Positions 9,973 to 19,803 of a stretch of DNA of 20,150 nt are shown in pieces. Source of the DNA: Octopus sinensis (Eukaryota); NCBI RefSeq assembly GCF_006345805.1, contig NW_021824032.1, positions 1 to 20,150 of the forward strand. The letters run 5' to 3'. The stretch's first letter is position 1; the number at the start of each line of letters is the position of its first letter. Made by a program: the position numbers and the translations under genes. The notes under the pieces are model-generated. The model saw only the letters and a list, made by a program, of their open reading frames with translations. It did no database searches and had not been told where the DNA came from.

Positions 9973-10450
9973 CATATATATATATATGTGTGTGTGGTGT
10001 GTGTATGTATGTATGTATGTATGTATGTTTATATTATGTATGTGTGTATGTATGTATGAATGTATGTATGTATGTGTGTGTGTGTGTGTCGTTGTGTCTT
10101 TGTTTGTCCCCTCATCATCGCTTGACAACCGATGTTGATGTATTATTGTCCCCGTAAACTAGAGGTTCGGCAAAAGGAACCGAGAGAATATGTACAAAGC
10201 TTGCAAAGAGTAAGACCTGCGGTCGATTTCTTCGACTAAAAAGAAAAAACCCTTTAAGGCGGTGCTCCAGCATGGCCGCAGTCAAATGACTGAAACAAGT
10301 GCAAATAAGTTCATATACGTTATTTAGGAAAATTTACCCGAACGTAGGGTAATCCGAACATAGGAAAATCGAATCAAAAATCTCGGACAGACCTTAACGA
10401 CTTGATGCATAAAACTTAAATCTTTCCAGTGATAAGATACCGATATATCT

Positions 10451-10853
10451 AAAGCGGCGAGCTGGCAGAATCGTTAGCACGCCGGGTGAAATGCGTAGCC
10501 GTATTTCGTCTGCCGCTACATTCTGAGTTCAAATTCCGCCCAGGTCGACCTTGCCTTTCATCCTTTCGGAGTCGATTAAATAAGTACCAGTTACGCACTG
10601 GGGTCGATATAATCGACTTAATCCGTTTGTCTGTCCTTGTTTGTCCCCTCTGTGTGTAGCCCCTTGTGGGTAGTAAACAAATAGGTATTTATTTCGTATG
10701 TACGTTCAGAGTTCACATTCCACCGAGGTCGACTTTGCCTTTCATCCTTTCGGGGTCGATAAATTAAGTACCAGTTATGTACTGAGGTCGAACTAATCGA
10801 CTGGTCTCCTCCCACAAAAATTCAGGCCTTGTACTTACAAGAGAAAGGATTAT
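10451..10853 (+). mobile_element. SINE B dimer (unit 1 with tail type 1, head-truncated unit 2 with tail type 2)
   Basis: Two tandem copies of the gttc..attcc.cc.aggtcgac.ttgcctttcatcctttcgg body; junction aaataggtattt near 10680. Confidence 0.9.
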
Positions 10854-10941
10854 TTTATCGACCAGCAGAGAAAAGCAAATTCGACCTCGGCAGATTTCGA
10901 ACTCGGAACGTAAAAAACCGGAACGAATACCACCAGGCATT
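10854..10941 (-). mobile_element. SINE B fragment abutting the 3' end of the dimer in opposite orientation
   Basis: tttatcgacc...gcaaattcgacctcggcagatttcgaactcggaacgtaaa matches the minus-strand body at 1464-1530. Confidence 0.65.
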
Positions 10942-11360
10942 GATAGCACAGCTTGATATAATCTTTATTTTATATCTATTTCTTCTGGCTGTCACAACTT
11001 TTATAACAGCCAAAACTTTATATAATTTCATTGCTCCGAGACACCTTAACTGTATTACACGGATAGTTAAATGGTTAAAAAGCGTATGTGATAATACCGT
11101 GTCATCTATTTATCATTAAAAGTGTTGCAAAGAATATGTAAAAACAATTCCTAAAATACTATATATATACACACTTAAAATTATATATGGATACTGTATC
11201 GCATTGCAGCTGATAAGTACGGCTGTGCGTTTCATTGGCATGAATCGGCCTGGAATAAAAGATATTTTAATATCAAATACATATATTAGGATTTCTATTA
11301 TAATTCACGTAAAACTTGTTTGATACTTGCCTCAGCAAAACGCTATTTATAATGATATTT

Positions 11361-11729
11361 ATATATATAAGTGTGTATATGTGTGCGTGTGTGTATGTGC
11401 GCACGTGCATGGTGTGTGTATGTAAGTGTGTGTGTGTAATATATATTATATATACATATACATCTATATATGTATGTATATATATAGACGCACAAATATA
11501 ATACATCTTGGCGTATATAACTTTGCATACATGTATGTACGTGTGTGCATGTGTGAGTGTATATATACATATGAATGTATTTATATATAGGTATATGTAT
11601 ATATATATATATTATATATATATATATGTGTGTATATTTATATATATATATATATACCTATATATGTGTGTATATATATGCATATATATATATGTGTGTG
11701 TTGGTGTGTTGTGTGTTTCTGTTGGTGTA

Positions 11730-11790
<61 letters not shown>
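11361..11790. repeat. Compound (TA)n/(TG)n microsatellite
   Basis: Direct reading. Confidence 0.95.
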
Positions 11791-12000
11791 AACCTGCGGA
11801 GACAGATATTACTTAAGTCATTAAAAATGTGTAAAATAAAATATTTAATAGTGAAATCATGTTGAAACGATTCTTCACCGAAAATAGTGCAGGAATATCT
11901 ACGTTAACCACAAGATGCCAGTTACAGAATCACATCGCAGCCGTCCAAAAATAGGATAGACATTAAATTTACATTCAGAAGTAATCAAGATATAGCAATA

Positions 12001-12396
12001 TATTTTCTACACTAGGCACAAGGCCCGAAATTTTGGGGAAGGAGGTCCAGTCGATTAGATCGACTCCAGTGCGTAATTGGTACTTAATTTATCAAAGCCG
12101 AAACTATAAAAGGCGAAGTCGACCTCGGTGGAATTTGAACTCAGAACGTAATGTCAGACGAAATACCTATTTCTTTACTACCCACAAGGGGCTAAACATA
12201 GAGAGGACAAACAAGGAGAGACAAACGGATTAAGTCGATTATATCGACCCCAGTGCGTAACTGGTACTTAATTTATCGACCCCGAAAGGATGAAAGGCAA
12301 AGTCGACCTCGGCGGAATTTGAACTGAGAACGTAGCGCCAGACGAAATATCCTTAAGCAATTCGGCCGGCTAACGATTCTGCCAGCTCGCCGCTTT
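12001..12396 (-). mobile_element. SINE B dimer
   Basis: Reverse complement of 10451-10853 with the same dimer junction. Confidence 0.9.
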
Positions 12397-12504
12397 AGAT
12401 ATGACGGTATATTATCACTGGAGAGATTTAAGTTTTAGGCATGAAGTCGTTAAGATCTGTCCGAGATTTTTTATTTGATTTTCATTATGGACATAGAATT
12501 GGCG

Positions 12505-12665
12505 AAATTCTTGGGGTGTGGGAACAAGCAATCACTTGCAGTAAGTGTTTCAATAACTTGTGCTGCGAGTTCGTATCCCGTCGATATCAACTTTGTCTTT
12601 CATATCATCCAGTTCCATCGAAGAAATGTCCTAATTGGGATCGAGCGATTTGGCCGCCCCTTCTA
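12505..12665 (+). mobile_element. Highly degenerate SINE B-like fragment
   Basis: B-box-like gagttcgtatcc followed by tcaactttgtctttcat and tgggatcgagcgatt. Confidence 0.4.
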
Positions 12666-12809
12666 AGTCAGATTTACCCTGCCCTTGTTTTTACCAGTCC
12701 CAACTTTCATATTATTCGAGGCCGAAGAGGCTGTTTTTTTTCTGGCTGTTAGCAGTGATTCTGGGTTCGCAACCTTGTCACAAGTGTCGTGTCGTGGTTG
12801 CTGCAATAT

Positions 12810-12859
<50 letters not shown>

Positions 12860-12861
<2 letters not shown>

Positions 12862-13490
12862 GTTGGGTTCATCTCTTTAAGTCAGAGACAAAGAGATAAT
12901 CCATGCAGTGGATACTCACTTGCTTCATAGAAGGCTAAGGACGTTTCATCTGCAGGGAAGATGATGGCCTCAGTTTTGGGGCTGTAAAGGTATTGTGATT
13001 GTTGACTCCCCTCAAAGAAGTCACACGATGAATGGAGAATACTATACCAAATTGCTGAGTCAGTTACAAAATGCTATCAAGAACAAACGGTCAGAAAAAT
13101 TGACAAAACGGTTTTCGTTTCATGAGGACAATGTCCAGCACACAAGTCCATGGTTTCAATGGTTCCGGTGAGTGACCGTGGATTTGAACTGGTTGATCAT
13201 CATCCCTATTCTCCTGATTTGGCTTCATCTGACAAACATCTATTCCTCAACAAGAAAAAAACACTTGGTTGAGAATCAGTACTTCAGTGATGATGATATC
13301 GTATCTGCTTTTAATTACTGCTTTTATCAACAGCATGAAAGCATATTTGCAAATCAGATCCAATCACTTGAATAGCAACGGAAGAGGCGTGTGGATCGCA
13401 AGGAGGTCTCAGTTGAAAAATAACCTTCATTTGGTCGCATGCCATGAAAATATCTTAGTTAGCCTACGAAGTTTTCCGCCATCTCTCGTA
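12860..13490 (+). mobile_element. Mariner (Tc1/mariner, DD34D) transposase pseudogene, 3' half with right TIR
   Basis: WVHLFKSETKR*SMQW, SAGKMMASV, NGEYYTKLL, FHEDN (D at 13127), HPYSPDLASSD (D at 13231). The 104-nt spacing equals DD34D minus one base. Several stops and frameshifts; ends ...ctctcgTA at 13490; 5' part replaced by (TA)n at 12805-12856. Confidence 0.92.
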
Positions 13491-13727
13491 ATTAACGTTT
13501 CTTTTTTTTCAGTCATACAAAGACCAATTATTTATTAGAAATACTCACAGACTTCCACGTCACCTGCAAACTAATTGACTTCTAGTTTTATAAATAAATA
13601 AGGAAAAATAAATACATTTAACGTAAGGTGGTCTACTTCACAATGAAGTTACCATCAGCTATTTTGATATCAGAAAGACGGACATATTGAAGTGGCGTTG
13701 AGGAAATATAACGCTTCTCGGTTTAAA

Positions 13728-13858
13728 CTCTCTCTCTCCCCTTCTCTCCCACCATTCTCTCTCCCTTTCTCTCTCTCCCCTTCTCTCCAGCCATTCTCTC
13801 TCTCTTTCTATCTCTTTCTCTCTCCTCTTCCCTCTCTCCTCTCCCACTTTCTCTCTCA
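13728..13858. repeat. (CT)n-rich polypyrimidine tract
   Basis: Direct reading. Confidence 0.9.
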
Positions 13859-13937
13859 TTACATTTTGTTTTGTTCACAGTGGGAAATTCTAAATGATTC
13901 TAGCTTTATACAACAGAAAAAAAAATCCGTGGACGAC

Positions 13938-14326
13938 CATGACGACGACGACGACGGCGATGATGATGATGATGATGATGATGTGATGGTGATGATAATG
14001 ATGATGGTGATGTTGGTGATGATGATGGTGACGACAACAGTGAATATTATAATGATGACGATGATGACGATGATTATTATGATGATGGTGGCGGTGATGG
14101 TGATGGTGATAAGGCGGAGAAGATGATAATGCTAATAATTAGTGTTAGTTGTCAAGTGACGGTTAATTTTGCAACTCTACTGTATCACATTTTCCAACGC
14201 TCTAACGACTCTCATCATCCACCGCCACCACCACCACACCACCACCACAAGTACCACCACCACCAGTACCACCACCAACATCACCACCACCTTTACTACT
14301 ACTACTACTACTCATGCTGCTTCTGC

Positions 14327-14359
<33 letters not shown>

Positions 14360-14365
14360 TACTGC
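13938..14365. repeat. (GAT/GAC)n, (CAC)n, (CTA)n and (CTG)n trinucleotide tracts
   Basis: Direct reading; a short complex spacer lies at ~14140-14212. Confidence 0.88.
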
Positions 14366-14490
14366 TATGGGCACAAGGCCTGATATTTTGGTGGAGTGAG
14401 CGAGTCGATTACGTCCCGAAAGGATGAAAGGAAGGAAAGGTCGACTTTGGCGGAATTTGAACTCAAAACATGAAGAGGGACAATAAAGCT
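14365..14490 (-). mobile_element. Internally deleted SINE B (tail type 2)
   Basis: ggcacaaggcctg tail; cccgaaaggatgaaagg..gtcgactttggcggaatttgaactca body. Confidence 0.75.
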
Positions 14491-14495
14491 TTTAT

Positions 14496-14548
14496 CAATA
14501 ATAGTAATAACAGCAAAAACAACAACAACAACAACAATAATAATAATG

Positions 14549-14593
<45 letters not shown>

Positions 14594-14963
14594 TAATATG
14601 ATGATGATGATGATGACGATGATAATAATATGATGATAATAATAATATAATAATAATAATAATAATGATGATGATGATGATGATGATGATAATATAATGA
14701 TGATAATAATAATAATAATAATTATATAATAATAATGATGATGATGATGATGATGATAATATAATGATGATATATAATAATAATAATATATAATAATAAT
14801 AGAGATGATGATGATGATGATGATGATAATAATAATGATGATAATATAATAATAATAATAATATATAATAATAATATATAATGATGATGATGATGAATGA
14901 TGATGAAGATAATAATAATGATGATAATAATAATAATAATAATAAAATAATAATGATAATAAT
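14496..14963. repeat. (AAT)n/(GAT)n/(AAC)n compound microsatellite
   Basis: Direct reading; many 1-bp phase slips. Confidence 0.95.
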
Positions 14964-15143
14964 CCTTTCTACTGGAAGCACAAGGCCTCAAATTTGGAGG
15001 AAGGGATTAAGTCGATTATATCGATCCGTGTACGCAACTGGTACTTAATTTATCGACCCTGGACGGATGAAAAGCAAAGTCGACCTCGGCGGAATTTGAA
15101 CTCAGAACGTAAAGAAGGACGACTGGTCGCTAAACATTTTGTC
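14963..15143 (-). mobile_element. 5'-truncated SINE B (tail type 2)
   Basis: cctttctact..gcacaaggcc tail and body matching 12229-12335. Confidence 0.85.
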
Positions 15144-15207
15144 ACTAATAATAATGATAATGACGATGATGATGATGATGATGATGATGATGTTGATGAT
15201 GATGATG

Positions 15208-16748
15208 TCTGTTATTAGCCAAAGGGGCATATATAAGAGGACATCACAAGGACAGACAATTTGTGTGGGAAGTTACACAACGGATGGAGAGAAGAATGTA
15301 AAAGACGATGAAATACGATAAAAGGTTACACAATCATACACAGTATGTGATAACATGATGGATACAATTCCCTGATACAGGAGAAGCTCCAGCTAGGGCA
15401 AATCAAAGAACCCCCACCGATACAAGTTTACCCTGACCACCAAAAGTACGTGCCCTGTCTCAGGATTTCCAATCTACACGCACATGCTTAAAGTAGGGTC
15501 ATTCACCCTAAACACTTTTGCCACCGTCAACCATCTTTTCACAAATTCAGTAGGTGGCAGCACTTCCCTCTCTGCCCTCACTTTCCTTTCCATGTGGAAC
15601 TTTAAAAATAAACGATTAGAGCTTGGAGTGGTTGTATACTATAAAGTTAACGTGACAGTCCTGTAAGGGAATTACACCACCGCTGTTTAGCCCTAGGAAG
15701 CATCGACGCTTCCTGTCGGCCTTGACACATTTTCTGTGTCCTTATATATTTGACACAGAAAATGTGTCAAGGCCTACAGGAAGCGTTGATGCTTCCTAGG
15801 GCTAAACAGCGGTGGTGTAATTCCCTGTCACGTTAAGTTGACAGTATACAACCACTCTATCGCTCTACCACCGTACATATCTCTGAGATATTTAGGAATT
15901 TAATATTTCTGATTAGAGCTTGACCGAAGAGAAAAGCGTCTTCCCTCAATCCTTTCGGCCTCATCCACCTCACAGTATCTTTCGACATTGTTACTAGACA
16001 GAGGAACACCTCCTGCGACGTCTTGTTAAACGTTGATGGTGGAGCGATCCTCACGATGGATTCAGCTTACGGTCTGATTCGTCTCGCAGGCGATAACAGA
16101 TGATTGACATAACTCCATAAATCATTAATACTCGGAAACTGCACGAACGAGTGCAGGACGGTTACATCGCCCAGCGCACATCTTTAACAGTCCCCACCTG
16201 ACAGTTTTTATAGGGTCTGTATCGAACTGGCAATGATCCTTCGCAGCACTGTCTGGTCAGGAATTTCTGGAAGTTGTGCAGGGAACGAATGTCCTCCGAA
16301 ACAAACTAGCAAGTTCATCCTCGTGGATGTCTTGAGTTTCTCGTGAACGTCATCGCTTTCGCTCACCACTAAATTTCCATAGAACTTTCAGCGACCCCAT
16401 TGCCTGACTTGTAGAAGGCACTGAACGCCCGACGATATTCCAGATATCGAGTGCCTAATCTTGGTCTTCTCTCCATCTAGGATTGCAACTCCGTGAAAGA
16501 GATGAGCTGCAGAAAGGTGTGTCTTACAAACGGAGATCACAGTGGATCATTCTCTCAGGAAAATCTGTAAGTGGCGTAGTGGAACGCGTCTTTTCCACAG
16601 GAAGCGGAAAAGTAAACCCTACAGTTTAGCCAAACGTGAACTGGGGCAGGTTACAACACCCAGGCGGTAAGTTATCAAAGGGGCAATGTGAATATTCGCC
16701 ACCTTTTACCGACTTCCCAGGGATAATTTCCTCTCGGCCCATTTCTGA
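15208..16748 (-). mobile_element. Decayed 5'-truncated L1/Tx1-type LINE (ORF2 C-terminal part plus 3' UTR), interrupted at 15626-15910
   Basis: QKWAERKLSLGSR*KVANIHIA...LLFRFLWK, NFQKFLTRQCCEGSLPVR, zinc-knuckle relic C*RCALGDVTVLHSFVQFPSINDLW (~16110-16190), ...KVRAEREVLPPTEFVKRWLTVAKVFRVNDPTLSMCV* (stop 15474-15476). About 265 nt of UTR ends in (CAT)n. Confidence 0.85.
15626..15910. mobile_element. 285-bp fold-back insertion with 12-bp TSD
   Basis: GATTAGAGCTTG at 15614-15625 and 15911-15922. Inverted arms 15626-15740 and 15752-15857 (101/106 paired, one 9-nt indel), 11-nt loop, 53-nt unpaired extension. Confidence 0.9.
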
Positions 16749-16756
16749 ATGAGAAT

Positions 16757-16848
16757 ATAATGATGATAATGACGACGACGATGATGATGATGACGATGGT
16801 GTTGATAATGATGATAATGATGATCATGATGGTGTTGGTGGCGATGAG
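16757..16848. repeat. Degenerate (GAT)n tract at the LINE 5' junction
   Basis: Direct reading. Confidence 0.85.
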
Positions 16849-17413
16849 AGGAAAAGACTGGTTTATATTTTATTGTCTCCTTATTTTGTCCTCGACGTGT
16901 TGGCCACTTTGTAGCCACTGAAAGAAATAATTTAGACAATTGCGAACTGTAAATCTTTAAGGCTATTCATTTGTTCAGTTGTTAACTTATTAGCAGCGAA
17001 TGATGGAGAGAAAGGGAATAAAGGACGAGAAAAGGAGAGTAGAATTGGGAGAGAGAGAGAGAGAGAGAGTTTGAGTAGGCGGGGAGTGATTGAAGGACGT
17101 TTGGTGGAATGAACGAAAATGCCGAAAAGAATCTTGGAATCACAGCGGGAAAACATTGGAAGAATTTATTAGTTGTATCAGGTGGAAGGTATGTGTGTTT
17201 GCTAGCAGGAATCAAAACAAGAAAACGAACAAACGAAAAGAAACAAAAAAAGAACAAACAATCAAATATTCAAACATGAATATTATTAAAAATAAAAAAA
17301 GGAAAGTAAAAAGTAAGAGGACAAAGAAAGAGGGGAAAAGAAGATAAAAATGCAGCCGTTGTTGAGGTTGCTGGAATCAAATAAGCAACAAACTTCAAAC
17401 GAAACCCCATCGT

Positions 17414-17954
17414 TTTAAAACAATTCGCATCCAGATTACTTTGTCAAATATACTACTTATTTATTGACAGGCGTTTGAATTAGTGAATGTGTGTGGGCTA
17501 GTGGCTAGTGGTTAGGGGTGTTGTTCTCACAGCCTATTGATCACAGGTTCGTTTCCCGAACCGGGCGGTGCGTTTTGTTCCTGAGCAAAAACGGGTCATT
17601 TTACGTTATTCAGGCCACTCAACTGCACATGGGTAACTCTTCCGACGAGTTAGCCTTCTGATCAGGGGGGAAATGTTGGCCTGCTCGCCTGGCCAACCGG
17701 GTGGCATCATTGGAGAGCTAACGCGATTCAAAACGCAACGTGACCAGCGATGTATAACTACGCCCAATTGTCAGGATGATCACGTGATTTTGAATTGCTC
17801 ATGAAGTTTCTCATAGCTTTGAGATATCGATGATGTGATTGTTAGAATGACGTTTTACGGTAGGTGTAAGAGTCCGGATCTGATCAGTTTGAAGACAACG
17901 CGGGCAGAATATTTTGGCTTGATAATATAGCTAATTTAAATATTAAAGACTTAA
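17414..17954. mobile_element. Possible old TTAA-flanked non-autonomous DNA element interrupted by SINE C
   Basis: TTAA at both ends with only weak terminal complementarity. The call rests mainly on my recollection of a similar octopus repeat and is unverified. Confidence 0.3.
17482..17788 (+). mobile_element. SINE C-like copy with a different 3' half
   Basis: tggctagtggttagg A box, ggttcgtttcc B box, and gcgttttgttcctgagcaaaa..ccactcaactg matching 5783-5840; flanked by tttgaatt at 17474-17481 and 17789-17796. Confidence 0.65.
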
Positions 17955-17979
17955 ACATGGGGGGGGGGCTCAGGATATG

Positions 17980-18155
17980 GTTGTCAACCTAACAAATAAC
18001 AAACACTGACACAAAGACACACACATCCACACAGTTTTTCCCGTTTACCAATTTCACTCACAAGGCATTGCTCAGCTCAGGGCTATCGTTGAAGGTGCTA
18101 GGCTGTAGGAATGAACCCAAAACCACGTGGATGTCAAGCGAGCTTGTTAACCACC
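17980..18155 (-). mobile_element. Degenerate SINE A (head and partial tail)
   Basis: ggttgtcaa..acaaacac.gacaca, tcactcacaaggcatt and tgaaccc..aaccacgtgg match 4329-4600. Confidence 0.6.
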
Positions 18156-18304
18156 GAAATATTTCTTCGATTGTTACAGAGAATAACAGTTCTCTATGAC
18201 TGATGTCCTTCATTCCTCGATGAGACCAATTTTATATTATAAAGTTAATAACAACAACAACAACAGCAAATACTGCGACAACAACAACAACGATGATAAT
18301 AATA

Positions 18305-18763
18305 GGGCTACAGCCAGTATTCTGCTCAATACCACAGATTTACTTGTCAGTTGCTTGACCTTAAGCAGTTGACCATGTCCGTTGGTGGCTGACGATATGT
18401 GCATCTCTGATCACGAGCAGAAGTAGTGGGGGAGCATCATAGACATGTGTTGAGAGGGATTCTTTGGGGTTTGAATAATTCACCTCTGGAAACATGGGTG
18501 TCTCGTTAAACATCATTAAACAACCCCTTATTCAAGGACCCTTTGAGCGGGATGGACTACTCGGCCAGAAGAAAATTCTAACGGGGCCCCACCTGCAAGG
18601 TCATGTGCTGTTTATCTTGATATGAAATCACCATGTCGCGCACATATGGTTGTGATGCATGTGCCTGGTGTACCTTTATCTGACGGGTAGTCATGATGGT
18701 TATACTGGGTCTCGTATATTTTACCCCAGTGTCACTTTGATGGCATACACTGCTCTCTCACTC
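18305..18763 (+). mobile_element. Putative non-coding retroposon or LINE 3' UTR inserted in (AAT)n
   Basis: GC-richer complex block with sharp junctions into AAT/ACT tracts on both sides; terminal stem cagtgt (18727-18732)/acactg (18747-18752); no recognisable coding motif. Strand is inferred. Confidence 0.45.
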
Positions 18764-18768
18764 AATAT

Positions 18769-18803
<35 letters not shown>

Positions 18804-18824
18804 ATAATAATAATAATAATAATA

Positions 18825-19222
18825 AGTTTCAGATTTTGCCACAGGGGCAAGTTTTGTTGAGGGGGATGAGTCGATCAGAACGATCGCAGGGTTTCACTGA
18901 TACTTAATTTATCGATCCCGTGTGCTAACGATTCCGCCAATAATAATAATAAAGAATATAATAATAATCGTAATTATGGTTTCAAAATTTGGCGCAACGT
19001 CCGTAAAATTAGGGGGAGTAGGGGTTATTTGAGTACATCTTGCCTGGTGTTGAATTCGTACTTTTATTTCAGGAAATACAAAACTGGATGAAGCGTAAAG
19101 CTGACCTGGTCGTTATCGACACTCACAAGTTAATGGACCGAAAGAAAATGGCTGCCATACTGAATTTTTGTTTGTTTTTTTTTTCCACTGACGCTCTAAA
19201 GATTCTGAGAGCGAGTTGCCTC
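18825..19222 (-). mobile_element. Two degenerate SINE B copies (18825-18938 and 18977-19222)
   Basis: tacttaatttatcgatccc..gtgctaacgattccgcc (internally deleted copy); ggatgaagcgtaaagctgacct..gctctaaagattctg (older copy). Confidence 0.55.
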
Positions 19223-19223
19223 A

Positions 19224-19319
19224 ATGATTATGATGCTGATGATGCTGATGAGCATAATAACGGTGAAGGTGGCCGTGGTGATGTTCGTGGTGTGATAGTG
19301 ATGATGATGGTAATGATGA

Positions 19320-19371
<52 letters not shown>

Positions 19372-19434
19372 ATAGCGATGATGATGATGATGATGATGAT
19401 GATGGTGATGATGATGGTGATGATGATGGTGATA

Positions 19435-19466
<32 letters not shown>

Positions 19467-19471
19467 GATGT

Positions 19472-19502
<31 letters not shown>

Positions 19503-19558
19503 GATGATGATGATGATGGTGATGATGATGGTGATAATGATGATGATGATGGTGATGG

Positions 19559-19607
<49 letters not shown>

Positions 19608-19749
19608 GATGGTGATGATGATGGTGATGATGATGGTGATAATGATGATGATGATGGTGATGGTGATGATGATGATGATGTTGATGATGATGATGATGTT
19701 GATGATGATGATGATGATGATGGTGATGATGGTGATGGTGATGATGATA

Positions 19750-19803
<54 letters not shown>

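Larger units (their letters stand above)
9300..10305 (+). mobile_element. SINE A split at its internal microsatellite by two insertions
   Basis: Head 9300-9470 (B box ggttcagtccc) and tail ~10090-10305 are collinear with the minus copy at 4160-4617. Unrelated blocks at 9511-9698 and 9728-9972 lie inside the TA/TG tract. Confidence 0.8.
10364..12483. repeat. Long inverted repeat: arms 10364-10853 and 12001-12483, spacer ~1.15 kb
   Basis: Each arm is a SINE B dimer plus 87 bp of non-SINE flank; 10364-10450 versus the reverse complement of 12397-12483 is 78/87 identical, ungapped. Confidence 0.88.

Noticed and set aside
2613-11865. Many YI/HT/CV/poly-L/poly-Y/poly-N ORFs in the ORF track
   Set aside because: They are stop-free frames of di-, tri- and tetranucleotide repeats, open on both strands.
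10950-12000. Inward extension of the long inverted repeat
   Set aside because: Only weak AT-rich similarity by eye; not convincing.
12860-13490. Domesticated or active mariner transposase
   Set aside because: Multiple stops and frameshifts, and the N-terminal half is missing.
15626-15910. Classical MITE, Helitron or pre-miRNA
   Set aside because: The right arm stops 53 nt short of the TSD (unlike a MITE), Helitrons leave no TSD, and a miRNA call needs expression data.
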